Source: Longimicrobiales bacterium (lineage in GTDB: Bacteria > Gemmatimonadota > Gemmatimonadetes > Longimicrobiales > Gaopeijiaceae). Taken from it: a DNA stretch of 64,000 nucleotides. Below, piece after piece: positions 19,710-28,844 of the stretch (its first letter is position 1; each line of letters opens with the position of its first letter). The notes under the pieces were generated by a model. It did no database searches and was not told the origin of the DNA. It worked only from the letters and a program-made list of their open reading frames with translations. The stretch spans positions 198,261 through 262,260 of the forward strand of contig JANQDZ010000034.1 of NCBI GenBank assembly GCA_028278645.1. The letters run 5' to 3'. The position numbers were made by a program, and so were the translations under genes.

Positions 19710-20378
19710 TCAGGAGCCACCAAAACGGATCATTCCCATGGCGGGAAAGGCATCGACGAGGGCATGCAGGACGATACAGGTTGGCAAATTCTTCCCGGTG
19801 TACAGATAGAGGCCGCCAATGATCAGGCCGGCTGGGATGCCTTGCCCGAGAGAAGCACCCCATGCCGCACCCCAATCCCCTGCCGAGGGCCAGTTCGGGT
19901 TGAAATAGGCGTAGGGGAGGTGGTAGAGGCCGAAACAAACAGAAGTGACGATGAGTGCCCAGGCCTTGGAGTTGAATAGGGCTTCTAAGCGCGTTTGGAG
20001 GAACCCCCTGAAGAAGAATTCCTCCGTAAAACCCGCCAGGAATAGCAGCAGCGTGAAAGCGAGGGGAAACAGGTAGAGTGCCCTTCCAGATCTGAATGCT
20101 TCCAAGGAAGCCTCGCCGCTCCGACTCATGGAGACCTGGACCAACCCAAAAGCCACACCTACCCCCAGTGTGACCAGCCACCCGCGACGGAGATTCCCTG
20201 CACGAAATCCTAGGCTCGCCAGGGCGGAGCGGATTCTCGACCCCCTCACCCCGGGTCGGTGCATGAGCACCAGAAAGAATGGAATGGCGACCAGGGTCAC
20301 CCAGTGAAGGAATTCATGTTCCCGCCGCCAGAAAAGGTAGATCAGGTAGATCCCGAAGTAGGCGGGGGCCACCCACAT
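19710..20378 (-). CDS. CPBP-family (CAAX/Abi) intramembrane metalloprotease
   Basis: Conserved EExxFRG (FTEEFFFRGFL), FxxxH (FGLYH) and HxxxD (HALVD) motifs. ATG at 20378 is assumed. The open frame continues upstream but then overlaps chrA on the opposite strand, which is judged spurious. Confidence 0.65.
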   Translation of the reverse strand: MWVAPAYFGIYLIYLFWRREHEFLHWVTLVAIPFFLVLMHRPGVRGSRIRSALASLGFRAGNLRRGWLVTLGVGVAFGLVQVSMSRSGEASLEAFRSGRALYLFPLAFTLLLFLAGFTEEFFFRGFLQTRLEALFNSKAWALIVTSVCFGLYHLPYAYFNPNWPSAGDWGAAWGASLGQGIPAGLIIGGLYLYTGKNLPTCIVLHALVDAFPAMGMIRFGGS

Positions 20379-20495
20379 CTCTCGTCGAATGAAATAGACC
20401 GGACTGGCTCCCACCAGCACGCTCCATCGACCTCCGGCTTCGGAGTAGGGACCCTCCACTAGAAGAACCTTTCCCCTGGATATACGTTTCCCTTC

Positions 20496-21737
20496 GTGAA
20501 TAATACGCCAAATCAGCCGCCGAGGTTTTGGGACCTCCTTCTGACCTTCCTCAGGATTTCCCTCCTGGGGTTCGGGGGCCCTAACGCCCACCTGGCGCTT
20601 ATGCTGGACGAGGTCGTCGATCGACGGCAGTGGATCACCAGAGAGCACTTTCTTCATCTGGTGGCCGCCACGAACCTTCTTCCAGGCCCCAACTCCTCGG
20701 AAGTCGCCATTCATATCGGCTACACTCAGCGAGGTTGGCGCGGAGCTTTGGCCACAGGGCTCGCGTTCCTTCTTCCAACCCTCCTGATCGTCACGGTCCT
20801 CTCTGCACTCTATTTCCGATTTGGGACTCTCCCGGCGGTGGAGGGGGTCTTCTGGGGATTGAAGCCCGCGATCCTCGCGGTGATCCTGGCCGCCGGTTGG
20901 AAGCTGGGGAAGGCGGCGTTGGGATATCCTGAGAGTCTGAACGGGTTTCTGTTGGCTCTGGCCATCGGCGGAATCCTCATCTCGTTCTTCTTTGACCGCC
21001 TGGAAGTCCCAGCCATGGTGGTCGGTGGCCTGGCGGCCTGGGGTCTCTTCCGCATGAAGCGTGGAGAGGAGGGTGGAGAGAATCAGGACCGCCAGACAGG
21101 CCCGACCGAGCCGGGGAAGGACGGTTCCGATGGAACCCCCACCCGCGCCGGCCTTTTCCCACCCCTGGCAGCACCGGTTGCCATCACCGCTGGGATTCTG
21201 CCAGCGGTGGGGTCCATCGGGCACCTGTTCCTGTTCATGGTGGGGGCCGGGGCGGTCCTGTTCGGCGGCGGATATATGTTGGTAGCCCTCCTCGAGCCGT
21301 TTGTGGTCGGGAGCTTCGGTTGGCTCACTGCTGACCAGTTTTTGGACGGAATAGCTCTCACCCAAGCCGTACCTGGGCCCATCGTCACCCTCGTGGCCTT
21401 CGTCGGGTTCTCTGTGGCGGGTGTACTTGGCGCCGTCGTGGCAACCGTGGGAATCTACCTGCCCAGCTTTTCGGCTGTTTTGCTCGTTGCTCCACACCTG
21501 GAGCGGTGGCGTCGCGTCGATGGTTTTCGGGCCGCATTGAAGGGCGTCAACGCGGTGGTGGCCGGAGCCATCCTCGGGGTGGGCCTAACCCTCCTTCCTT
21601 CCGGGTTACCCGATCGGTGGGCCGCCGGCCTTTTCCTCCTGGCCCTCTTCGTTCTCGTCCGGTTCAAGGTCCCGGCCGTGTGGATCGTTGCCGGGGGCCT
21701 CGTCCTCGGTGGCGCCCACCTCGCTTTTCTAGGCTGA
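20496..21737 (+). CDS. chrA: Chromate ion transporter ChrA (CHR family, two-domain long form)
   Basis: GTG start. The N-terminus LLGFGGPNAHLALM...LLPGPNSSEVAIHIGY is a hallmark of CHR transporters. 413 aa with about 12 TM segments. Confidence 0.85.
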   Translation: MNNTPNQPPRFWDLLLTFLRISLLGFGGPNAHLALMLDEVVDRRQWITREHFLHLVAATNLLPGPNSSEVAIHIGYTQRGWRGALATGLAFLLPTLLIVTVLSALYFRFGTLPAVEGVFWGLKPAILAVILAAGWKLGKAALGYPESLNGFLLALAIGGILISFFFDRLEVPAMVVGGLAAWGLFRMKRGEEGGENQDRQTGPTEPGKDGSDGTPTRAGLFPPLAAPVAITAGILPAVGSIGHLFLFMVGAGAVLFGGGYMLVALLEPFVVGSFGWLTADQFLDGIALTQAVPGPIVTLVAFVGFSVAGVLGAVVATVGIYLPSFSAVLLVAPHLERWRRVDGFRAALKGVNAVVAGAILGVGLTLLPSGLPDRWAAGLFLLALFVLVRFKVPAVWIVAGGLVLGGAHLAFLG

Positions 21738-21844
21738 TCCACCGGCTTCCGCAGCCACCTTCTTGCCCTGGGCCCTCCTCTCCCGGGGAGATCCAATTGG
21801 CCCTGCCGAAAAAGGCCTTCACGTGTCCTGACGCCAGCTTGCCA

Positions 21845-22477
21845 TCAGCTGCCGCCGCCGGACACGACCTTTTCGACTGGATAGCGGATGAGGGTCAGAT
21901 ATTTTTCGGGGGTTCCAGCGAAGAGGAATCCGGGGCCTTTCAGGTACTCTTCCTCATGGAGACCGCTTATCTGATACCCCTGGGACCTGAGGAATCCATG
22001 TAGTGAGTCGACGGTTGGGACCTCCGCATCCCATCGTCCCACATGGAGAATCTGGGCTACTTCTCCGTACTCCCACGTGGTCAACTCCACCTCCAGGTCC
22101 CCGTCTTGGGCGTTTTCTGGAAGTTGGGTAACGCTCTCGGGAACCGGCATGGCATAAAGCCCTTCCCAGTCTTCCTTCGGGATTTGGGCCTGGATCGGCC
22201 ACCGGGCCCGGGGAGCCTTGAAGTCCGGGCCGCCCTTCGGGACCCCCTTAAGCCGGAAGTAGGTCTTCATGAGAAGGCCAAACGCAGCCTTCCCCACCAC
22301 ATTGGGATCGCCCTTCGCCCGAATCTGGAGAACCTGCTGGGGGGCCATCTCGAGGATCTGTGGAGTCCTGAGGTGGCCCACCTCTTCCAGGGAGGGCCCC
22401 TTCGGCATCCCCAGCCAGACCACCGCACCTACCAGAAGGACGGCAACTACGACAACAATAATCAGTAAGATTTTCAC
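21845..22477 (-). CDS. Membrane-anchored GyrI-like (small-molecule-binding) domain protein
   Basis: N-terminal TM segment MKILLIIVVVVAVLLVGAVVW. The C-terminal GEVAQILHVGRWDAEVPTVDSLHGFLRSQGY...HEEEYLKGP...LIRYPVEK matches a GyrI-like fold pattern. Confidence 0.55.
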   Translation of the reverse strand: MKILLIIVVVVAVLLVGAVVWLGMPKGPSLEEVGHLRTPQILEMAPQQVLQIRAKGDPNVVGKAAFGLLMKTYFRLKGVPKGGPDFKAPRARWPIQAQIPKEDWEGLYAMPVPESVTQLPENAQDGDLEVELTTWEYGEVAQILHVGRWDAEVPTVDSLHGFLRSQGYQISGLHEEEYLKGPGFLFAGTPEKYLTLIRYPVEKVVSGGGS

Positions 22478-22480
22478 TTG

Positions 22481-23206
22481 TCATTCCTCCTTTGGCGCCG
22501 CGGTCTTGGCCACATAAAGCCCGCGGCCAGTCAGTCCTTCCGGATCGAACTCCACGGAGTCGAATCCCCCCGCGTGGAGAGCTTCCATCATCTCTTCTTC
22601 AGTGAATAATCCCAGCTCATGGACTTCCTTCAAATGCCGTATGGCGCTGGGCTCCGCTATCAGGTACTGAAACTCCAGCCAGGAGATACGATCTCGGACT
22701 TCGGAACGGCTTACCCGGGCGATCTTCAGGTCCTCTCTATCGACGGAGTGAATGTGGGCCGAGCCTCCCAGGAAGGCGTCCGGAGTGAACCACGGCTCGA
22801 TGATTGCCACCCCACCGTCAGCCACATGTTTCCGCATGGTCCGGGCAGTCAGGGTGAGTCGATCAAAAGTTCTGACATAGCCGATGGACGAGAAGAGACA
22901 AAGGACCGCATCGTAGGAGGAGTCCAGGTGGAAACTCGCCATATCCCCACGAAAGAAACGACCCTTCGGACATCGGTCTCGAGCGATCTCAAGAAACCCC
23001 GACTCGATGTCGATACCGTCCACCTCGAACCCGTGGATCTCGGTCAAGGCAGCGGCGTGCCTTCCGGTCCCACACCCCACGTCCAAAATCCGGCGGGCCG
23101 TCGGGCACCTCTCTTTTAAAAGAGAGGCGACCTGAAGGGCCTCTTCCTCAAAATCCTTAAACTCGGAGTAGATGAGGTCGTAAAGCTCGGTTGATTCGGA
23201 AAACAT
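22481..23206 (-). CDS. Class I SAM-dependent methyltransferase
   Basis: Start at MFSES (23206). ILDVGCGTGRHAAAL is SAM-binding motif I. Confidence 0.75.
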   Translation of the reverse strand: MFSESTELYDLIYSEFKDFEEEALQVASLLKERCPTARRILDVGCGTGRHAAALTEIHGFEVDGIDIESGFLEIARDRCPKGRFFRGDMASFHLDSSYDAVLCLFSSIGYVRTFDRLTLTARTMRKHVADGGVAIIEPWFTPDAFLGGSAHIHSVDREDLKIARVSRSEVRDRISWLEFQYLIAEPSAIRHLKEVHELGLFTEEEMMEALHAGGFDSVEFDPEGLTGRGLYVAKTAAPKEE

Positions 23207-23226
23207 AGTCGCCCTCAGAACAAACC

Positions 23227-23940
23227 CTAATGGGGAATTCGCCCGTCGATGACCCGGTTCAATTCCCTCAAGATCGTTGGAACCGGAAAGGAGGTCTCCG
23301 AGCCCGGGCTCCCTTCCAGCCAGCCTCGAACCGCAACAAGAGAGGACCCTGGATCCAACCGGTATGCGGCCTCCGTGGGGAGTGCCCCGAGGAGTCCGAA
23401 AAACTCCATGACCGAAAGCCACCTCTCCGGCTCTTCTCGGGACCACCTCCAGTAGGGGATAAAATCCCCGACTGGATACGGCTGATGCCAGCCGAGGACA
23501 TCGAACACGGGGGGACCCGTCCGGGGCTCGTGGCTTCGGGTTTTGGTCAGGAGGAAAACAACCGTGTCTCCCGGCGGGACCCAGTCCGGTCTATCCCAAC
23601 CCTCCTCAGCACACCCGCAGCCGACGGTCCACGGCACTGCGACGAACATCCCCAGGGAGTCGGAGACAGATGTGCCCGTTTCGGCCTCCAGGACCCGAAA
23701 GACCTGGCCTCTAGTGTCATCTGTAGCATACGGTGGTAAGAACCGATAAGCCCCGAGGAGGTCATGGGAATCTGTGGGAACAGGGGCCCATCGAGGCGTA
23801 GCCACCGCAACCACTGCTGCAGCACCCGCCGGCCGATACAGAGGTAGCCCGGCACCGGCCGGTTCGAATCCTTCTGCGGCTTGGGATTGGGCTGACACCG
23901 GGGTCCCCGAAAGGGCCAGCAACAACGCCAAGGATGTCAT
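23227..23940 (-). CDS. Secreted hypothetical protein
   Basis: Signal peptide MTSLALLLALSGTPVSAQS. No recognisable motif. Confidence 0.45.
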   Translation of the reverse strand: MTSLALLLALSGTPVSAQSQAAEGFEPAGAGLPLYRPAGAAAVVAVATPRWAPVPTDSHDLLGAYRFLPPYATDDTRGQVFRVLEAETGTSVSDSLGMFVAVPWTVGCGCAEEGWDRPDWVPPGDTVVFLLTKTRSHEPRTGPPVFDVLGWHQPYPVGDFIPYWRWSREEPERWLSVMEFFGLLGALPTEAAYRLDPGSSLVAVRGWLEGSPGSETSFPVPTILRELNRVIDGRIPH

Positions 23941-23955
23941 TCCTCGCAACCGCAC

Positions 23956-24297
23956 TCAGGTCTCCTTTTCACCAGATTCCAGGGCCTGGATTTCCTTCTC
24001 GACCGACTCTACTTCCCGCTTGAATCGCCGGACCTCATGGCCCGCCATAAGGTGCAACCCCAACCCGAATACCGGTACTTGGAGGGCCACCACCGCGGAG
24101 GTCAGCCAGGACGTGTCCAGGGTGAGGCCGACCGCCAACGCCACCAGGCCAATTACGAAGAGCCCGAAGCCAATTCGCCCTCGGCTTCGATGGCGCTTCG
24201 CCTCGGCTTCGAAAGCGTCGTTCAGGTCGGCCCGCTCGACCAAAAGCTCCGTCTTTGAGTTCCACATCAGATCCAACGATTTCTCCGGGTCTGTCAT
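23956..24297 (-). CDS. Small membrane protein (start uncertain)
   Basis: One to two TM segments (IGFGLFVIGLVALAVGLTL). Lies directly upstream of the secreted-protein gene. Confidence 0.35.
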   Translation of the reverse strand: MTDPEKSLDLMWNSKTELLVERADLNDAFEAEAKRHRSRGRIGFGLFVIGLVALAVGLTLDTSWLTSAVVALQVPVFGLGLHLMAGHEVRRFKREVESVEKEIQALESGEKET

Positions 24298-24501
24298 CCT
24301 CGATCTCCAAGGATCCGATGTCTTCAATCCGGCTGTTGTTTTACCTGTCCTGGGAAACTCGGGATCATCCCAAAGGTTTCCTCCCGATCGGGGGGTCGCA
24401 AGGAATACGCGCTACGCCTTGCCTCCGGGAGCCCCCCCCATCACGTTGGTTTGGAAGTCCTGTCGAACCCAGCCAAAAGGCATCTGCACCCGAGGCTCCC
24501 A

Positions 24502-26859
24502 ATGCGAAACCTCCTGTTGCCCCTGGCCGTCTTTGTCTTCCTGGTCGCCCACCCCCCCCAAGCGGCTGAATCCCAGGAACCCTATTCCCCAGATGTTGTC
24601 ACAGCCGAGGAGTACGCACGAGCCCAAGGCTTCCTCGGATCCGCCATGAACCCGCTCGTATTCGGCACCGGAGTACGTCCGACCTGGCTCGATGACGGGA
24701 GATTCTGGTACCGGATCGCCACTCCCGAGGGCCAGGAATTTATCATGGTCGATCCCGAACGGCGGAATCGCGAGAGAGCTTTCGACCACGAACGCTTGGC
24801 CAGCGCCCTCTCCGAAGCCGCCGGAGAGAGCTTCGATCCATTCGATCTCCCGTTTTCCACCTTCACCCTGGGCGCAGACGGCCGGTCGATCATTTTCGAC
24901 TCGGGTGTCCGAACCTACACGTGTGATATCCGCAGCTATGATTGCACCCATGAGCGGCGGCAGGTAGGGAGAACGGAGGTCACCCCCCAGGACCCCAGGG
25001 GCCGGAGAGCGGCTCCAGAGGTCCTCTCCCCGGACGGCACGAACGCTGCTTTCATCCGAGATCACAATCTGTGGATGAGGGACAGGGAGTCGGGACGGGA
25101 GACACAGCTCACGACCGATGGCGTAGAGGATTTCGGGTACGGCACGAACAACGCCGGGTGGACGAAAAGCGACCGACCCGTCCTGCTCTGGTCGCCGGAT
25201 TCCAAGAAGATCGCCACCTTCCAGCATGACGGTCGAGGTGTGGGGATGATGTATCTGGTAACAACCAAGGTCGGCCACCCGGAGCTCGAAGCATGGAAGT
25301 ACCCCCTCCCTGAGGACTCGGTGATCTTCCGGATCCACCGAGTTGTGATCGAAGTGGACGGTCCCGAATCGCCCCGCGTGATCCGGCTTGACATGCCTCC
25401 GGATCAGCACAGATCCACCATCTGCGATCATATTTACTGCAACGGTACCTTCTCCGATGTCGAATGGGCACCGGACGGCTCCGAGCTGGCTTTTGTATCC
25501 TCTTCCCGGGACCACAAGGAGGCCCAACTCAGGGTCGCCGACGCAAGAACCGGGGCAGTCAGAGACGTCCTCTTCGAGCGGGAGGAGACGTACTTCGAGT
25601 CAGGGGAAGACATGGTGAACTGGCATTTCTTCCCCGAGTATGATGAGGTGGTGTGGTTCTCTGAACGAACGAACTGGGGCCACCTGTATCTGCACGATCT
25701 GGATACGGGAGAGCTGAAACACCCCATCACCTCGGGGGACTGGAGGGTTCTTCAGGTTCGCCACGTTGACCGCGCGAACCGCATGTTGTACTTCACCGGC
25801 ACGGGGAAAGAACCGGGCGATCCGTACTTCCAGTACCTCTACTCGGTGAGTATGGACGGGGGGGATGTACGTCTCCTCACCCCCGACAGCGCCAACCATG
25901 ACATCAGCTTTTCCCCCGATTTCGACTACTTCATCGATGCTTACTCCACCCCCCTCGATCCCGGGGACACCGTCCTGCGGGACATGACAGGCCGTGAAAT
26001 TGTGAGCTTGGAAACGGGGGACATCTCGCAGCTGGAAGCGGCCGGCTGGCAACCTCCGATACCCTTCTCGGTGAAGGCCCGAGACGGGACCACGGACCTC
26101 TACGGGATCATGTTCAAGCCGTCCCATCTGGATCCCAGCAAAAAATACCCGGTGGTCAACTACCTCTACCCGGGTCCCCAGTCGGGCAGCGTGGGAAGCA
26201 GGAGTTTCAGTGCGGCCCGTCGGGAGCACCAGGCCATGGCCGAGCTGGGCTTCGTCGTGGTGACCGTCGACGCCATGGGCACCCCCGGGCGTTCGAAGTC
26301 CTTCCACGACGCCTACTACGGAAACATGGGCGACAACGGCCTCCCCGATCAGATCGCCACCATCAAAGAACTGGCGTCGAGGAACCCCTGGATGGACCTG
26401 GATCGGGTAGGGATTTGGGGTGGATCAGGAGGAGGATTTGCATCCACCGCCGGGATCCTCCGGTATCCGGACTTCTACAAGGTCGCCGTCAGCACATCCG
26501 GGAACCACGACAACAGGAACTACGAGGACGACTGGGGTGAAAAGTGGCAGGGTCTCCTCGAAACCTATGCCGACGGCACGACCAACTACGACAATCAGGC
26601 AAACCAACTCGTCGCCGAGAATCTGAAAGGGAAGCTGTTCCTAGCCCACGGCTCCATGGACTCGAACGTCCCACCTTATAACACCATGGTCGTGGTTGAC
26701 GCCCTGATCGCAGCGAACAAGGACTTCGACCTGCTCCTCCTCCCGAATAGGGGCCACGGATTGGGCGAACCCTATATGGTCAGGCGAAGGTGGGACTACT
26801 TCGTCGAGCATCTCTTGGGAGCGGAGCCGCCGAAAGAATACCCCATGGGAGGAAGATAG
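24502..26859 (+). CDS. S9-family serine peptidase (DPP-IV/prolyl-oligopeptidase type) with a signal peptide
   Basis: Signal peptide MRNLLLPLAVFVFLVAHP. N-terminal beta-propeller region and C-terminal GIWGGSGGG (GxSxGG nucleophile elbow) ... HGSMDSNV ... GHGL. Confidence 0.85.
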   Translation: MRNLLLPLAVFVFLVAHPPQAAESQEPYSPDVVTAEEYARAQGFLGSAMNPLVFGTGVRPTWLDDGRFWYRIATPEGQEFIMVDPERRNRERAFDHERLASALSEAAGESFDPFDLPFSTFTLGADGRSIIFDSGVRTYTCDIRSYDCTHERRQVGRTEVTPQDPRGRRAAPEVLSPDGTNAAFIRDHNLWMRDRESGRETQLTTDGVEDFGYGTNNAGWTKSDRPVLLWSPDSKKIATFQHDGRGVGMMYLVTTKVGHPELEAWKYPLPEDSVIFRIHRVVIEVDGPESPRVIRLDMPPDQHRSTICDHIYCNGTFSDVEWAPDGSELAFVSSSRDHKEAQLRVADARTGAVRDVLFEREETYFESGEDMVNWHFFPEYDEVVWFSERTNWGHLYLHDLDTGELKHPITSGDWRVLQVRHVDRANRMLYFTGTGKEPGDPYFQYLYSVSMDGGDVRLLTPDSANHDISFSPDFDYFIDAYSTPLDPGDTVLRDMTGREIVSLETGDISQLEAAGWQPPIPFSVKARDGTTDLYGIMFKPSHLDPSKKYPVVNYLYPGPQSGSVGSRSFSAARREHQAMAELGFVVVTVDAMGTPGRSKSFHDAYYGNMGDNGLPDQIATIKELASRNPWMDLDRVGIWGGSGGGFASTAGILRYPDFYKVAVSTSGNHDNRNYEDDWGEKWQGLLETYADGTTNYDNQANQLVAENLKGKLFLAHGSMDSNVPPYNTMVVVDALIAANKDFDLLLLPNRGHGLGEPYMVRRRWDYFVEHLLGAEPPKEYPMGGR

Positions 26860-26924
26860 GGCCTCGTACCGGGGAGATCCGGCCGCCGGGGTCAGCCTAC
26901 CCCGGCCGACCGCCCGGAACGTGA

Positions 26925-26960
26925 GAAGGCCCCCCAATTCGGGGGGCCTTCTTTGTTTCA
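26925..26960 (+). terminator. Strong intrinsic terminator after the S9 peptidase gene
   Basis: An 11-bp perfect GC stem (gaaggcccccc / ggggggccttc) with a 5-nt loop is followed by tttgtttca. Confidence 0.75.
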
Positions 26961-26979
26961 CCCCAGCCGTAAATACCCG

Positions 26980-27489
26980 TCAGCCACCCACCAGCCAGCC
27001 CTTGTGCTCGATGTGGGCGGGGATGGGCTTGGCCGTGGTTTCCCTCTCCTCAATCCGCTCCGCAAGCCACTGAAACCACTCGTAGTAAGTGTCCCTGCCC
27101 CCAATCCTCCTCATCTCCTCCACATATCGCCGGAGCTTTTTCCATGAAAGGAGGATCGGCCCGCTGAAGAAGTCTTCAAGGAGATCGAGGTCGATCTCCC
27201 TCTTATAGGTCACGACTCCTAAGGCTTCCCATGTGGTCATCAGAAGGCTGATAAACCGAATGTCTTCTCCGAGGTGATGCTCGATCTGTTGTTTTGAGAG
27301 CCCGTCGGGGAGGTCGACCAGGCGGTTGAGCGCCACGGCGAACTCCAAGGTCTGGTAGGACTTCACCATCTCGAGCATGGATTCCCTGGTTCTCCGCTGT
27401 CGGTATCGTCTCAGCTCAAAGATGGCGAACCCGAAACCGATGACGACCGCCACGGCGGATACAATCTCGGCTGCTCCAACGAGATCCAT
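26980..27489 (-). CDS. Membrane-anchored hypothetical protein
   Basis: One N-terminal TM segment (AAEIVSAVAVVIGFGFAIF). Rest unclassified. Confidence 0.4.
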   Translation of the reverse strand: MDLVGAAEIVSAVAVVIGFGFAIFELRRYRQRRTRESMLEMVKSYQTLEFAVALNRLVDLPDGLSKQQIEHHLGEDIRFISLLMTTWEALGVVTYKREIDLDLLEDFFSGPILLSWKKLRRYVEEMRRIGGRDTYYEWFQWLAERIEERETTAKPIPAHIEHKGWLVGG

Positions 27490-27578
27490 CAGCGTTCTCT
27501 CTCTGTTTTCAGGGAGGAATCGGTATGGGAAAACCTACCCGCCGGCGGGCGGAAACGGTCCCTCCCGCGGGGCAGCCG

Positions 27579-27692
27579 CCTCAGCGGCGGTCTACGGCCT
27601 CAGCGGCGGTCTGCGGCCTCAGCGGCGGTCTCCGGCTCACCGGCAGTCGGCAGTTTCACCGGCGGTGGGCGGCTTCACCGGCGGTCCCAGTC
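27579..27692. repeat. Direct tandem repeat, six copies of 19 bp (cctcagcggcggtctNcgg degrading to ttcaccggcggtNNNNgg)
   Basis: Read directly from the sequence. Copies 1-3 are near-identical and 4-6 diverge. It sits 90-200 bp upstream of the minus-strand gene starting at 27489 and runs into the last codons of the DinB gene. Confidence 0.8.
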
Positions 27693-28139
27693 CCAGATGG
27701 CGTAGGCCGTGTTCTTATCCACCGCGTGGCCACTCTGTTTCAGGGTAAGGAGGATGCTGCCCCGGTGGTGGCTTTCGTGGGCCACCAAATAAGCCAGGGT
27801 TGTTATGACACCCTTCTTGAACCCTCTCCTCCCATCCAGACCCTGTGCCAACCCATCGAGAAAAGCCTCGATGGCTTCACCCGATACCATCAAGGCGTCC
27901 CGGACCGCCTTGCGATCGGGATGTTCTTTAGAGCGGAAGAACTGCAGGCCCTCAGCAAGATCCTTGGCCCTCTTCTCCAGGTGGTGAACTCGCACGTCGT
28001 GGATGTGGGCAAACTGCCGGGCCACGTCCCGGCCTCCCCTCGTCGAGAGCGTCGCCCTCATTCCCTCGTCACTGATCTGGTCCAACAGCAAGAGGCTGAT
28101 GCGGTTGTTCGTCCTCCAAGCCTCAAGAAGGTCATCCAT
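27675..28139 (-). CDS. DinB/YfiT-like (DinB_2) metal-dependent enzyme family protein
   Basis: MDDLLEAWRTNNRISLLLLDQI...HIHDVRVHHL...HESHHRG shows His-rich motifs typical of the DinB_2 four-helix bundle. Confidence 0.55.
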   Translation of the reverse strand: MDDLLEAWRTNNRISLLLLDQISDEGMRATLSTRGGRDVARQFAHIHDVRVHHLEKRAKDLAEGLQFFRSKEHPDRKAVRDALMVSGEAIEAFLDGLAQGLDGRRGFKKGVITTLAYLVAHESHHRGSILLTLKQSGHAVDKNTAYAIWDWDRR

Positions 28140-28566
28140 TCTTCCCCCCGTCTTCGAGCAACCCGTCGATCTCAGCAATCCTCTCCGCTGCTTCCGGGAA
28201 TCCCACCAGGAATGCCCCCATGGGCTTCAGGAGGGCGAACAACATCCTGGCTTTCCCCAGGGAATCCAAAGCCCTCCCGACGTCACCGGTTGCCTCCGCA
28301 TGGAGGCCATCGAGGTAGAGGGTTTCGGCTAGAAGCCAACAGCTCCCGGGTTCGATCTCCCCCGTCGGAGCGATGAGAAGGCGGACAGTCTCGGGTGTGG
28401 CGGCTCGAGCCAGATCAAGAGCCAACCCAGCTTGTTGGGAGACCTCCTGGAGTCCGTTTTCGACTTCCCCCTCTGGTGCACCTCCACCAAAGATCTTCTT
28501 CCGGATTAAAATCAGGGCAGCACCGAGCATCTCGATCTGCCTGAGAATGTAGTCTTTTTGTGGCAT
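28132..28566 (-). CDS. Hypothetical protein
   Basis: 144-aa ORF starting at MPQKDYIL. It overlaps the DinB start by 8 nt. Confidence 0.35.
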   Translation of the reverse strand: MPQKDYILRQIEMLGAALILIRKKIFGGGAPEGEVENGLQEVSQQAGLALDLARAATPETVRLLIAPTGEIEPGSCWLLAETLYLDGLHAEATGDVGRALDSLGKARMLFALLKPMGAFLVGFPEAAERIAEIDGLLEDGGKNG

Positions 28567-28568
28567 TG

Positions 28569-28844
28569 TCAGTCCGAAGGCGGTTTGGTCAGAAAGAGAA
28601 TCACCACGATGTACGAGAGCTGAAGGATCAGGCAGGCGTAGAGGATTCCCCACTCTCCCCCTGCCCGGCCAAGGGGGGTTTCGCTGGCGATCTCATCCAC
28701 CATGACCTTCGCGGCATCATGGCTACCAGCGTGCTGACGGCCAGGCTGACTGTTGGATCGTCCCGGCCTTCCATGGCCCAGCACATCCCGATGAGGTGGG
28801 GCACGGCGGACTTCGCGGATGGCTTCGCCATGTTCCTTTCCCAT
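28569..28844 (-). CDS. Possible small membrane protein (91 aa) translationally coupled to the upstream hydrolase
   Basis: ATG overlaps the beta-lactamase-like gene's TGA as ATGA at 28842-28846. C-terminal TM segment WGILYACLILQLSYIVVILFLT. The N-terminus is Arg/Gly/Pro-rich, so the call is weak. Confidence 0.3.
   Translation of the reverse strand: MGKEHGEAIREVRRAPPHRDVLGHGRPGRSNSQPGRQHAGSHDAAKVMVDEIASETPLGRAGGEWGILYACLILQLSYIVVILFLTKPPSD

Noticed and set aside
20379-21497. Upstream 370 aa of the 595-aa minus-strand ORF (19710..21497)
   Set aside because: This part overlaps chrA, which has a strong family signature on the plus strand. Only the C-terminal CPBP domain (19710-20378) has real protein-like motifs.
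27579-27692. Possible CRISPR array
   Set aside because: The copies are direct and contiguous, 19 bp each with no spacers, and the array is only 114 bp long. No cas genes are nearby.
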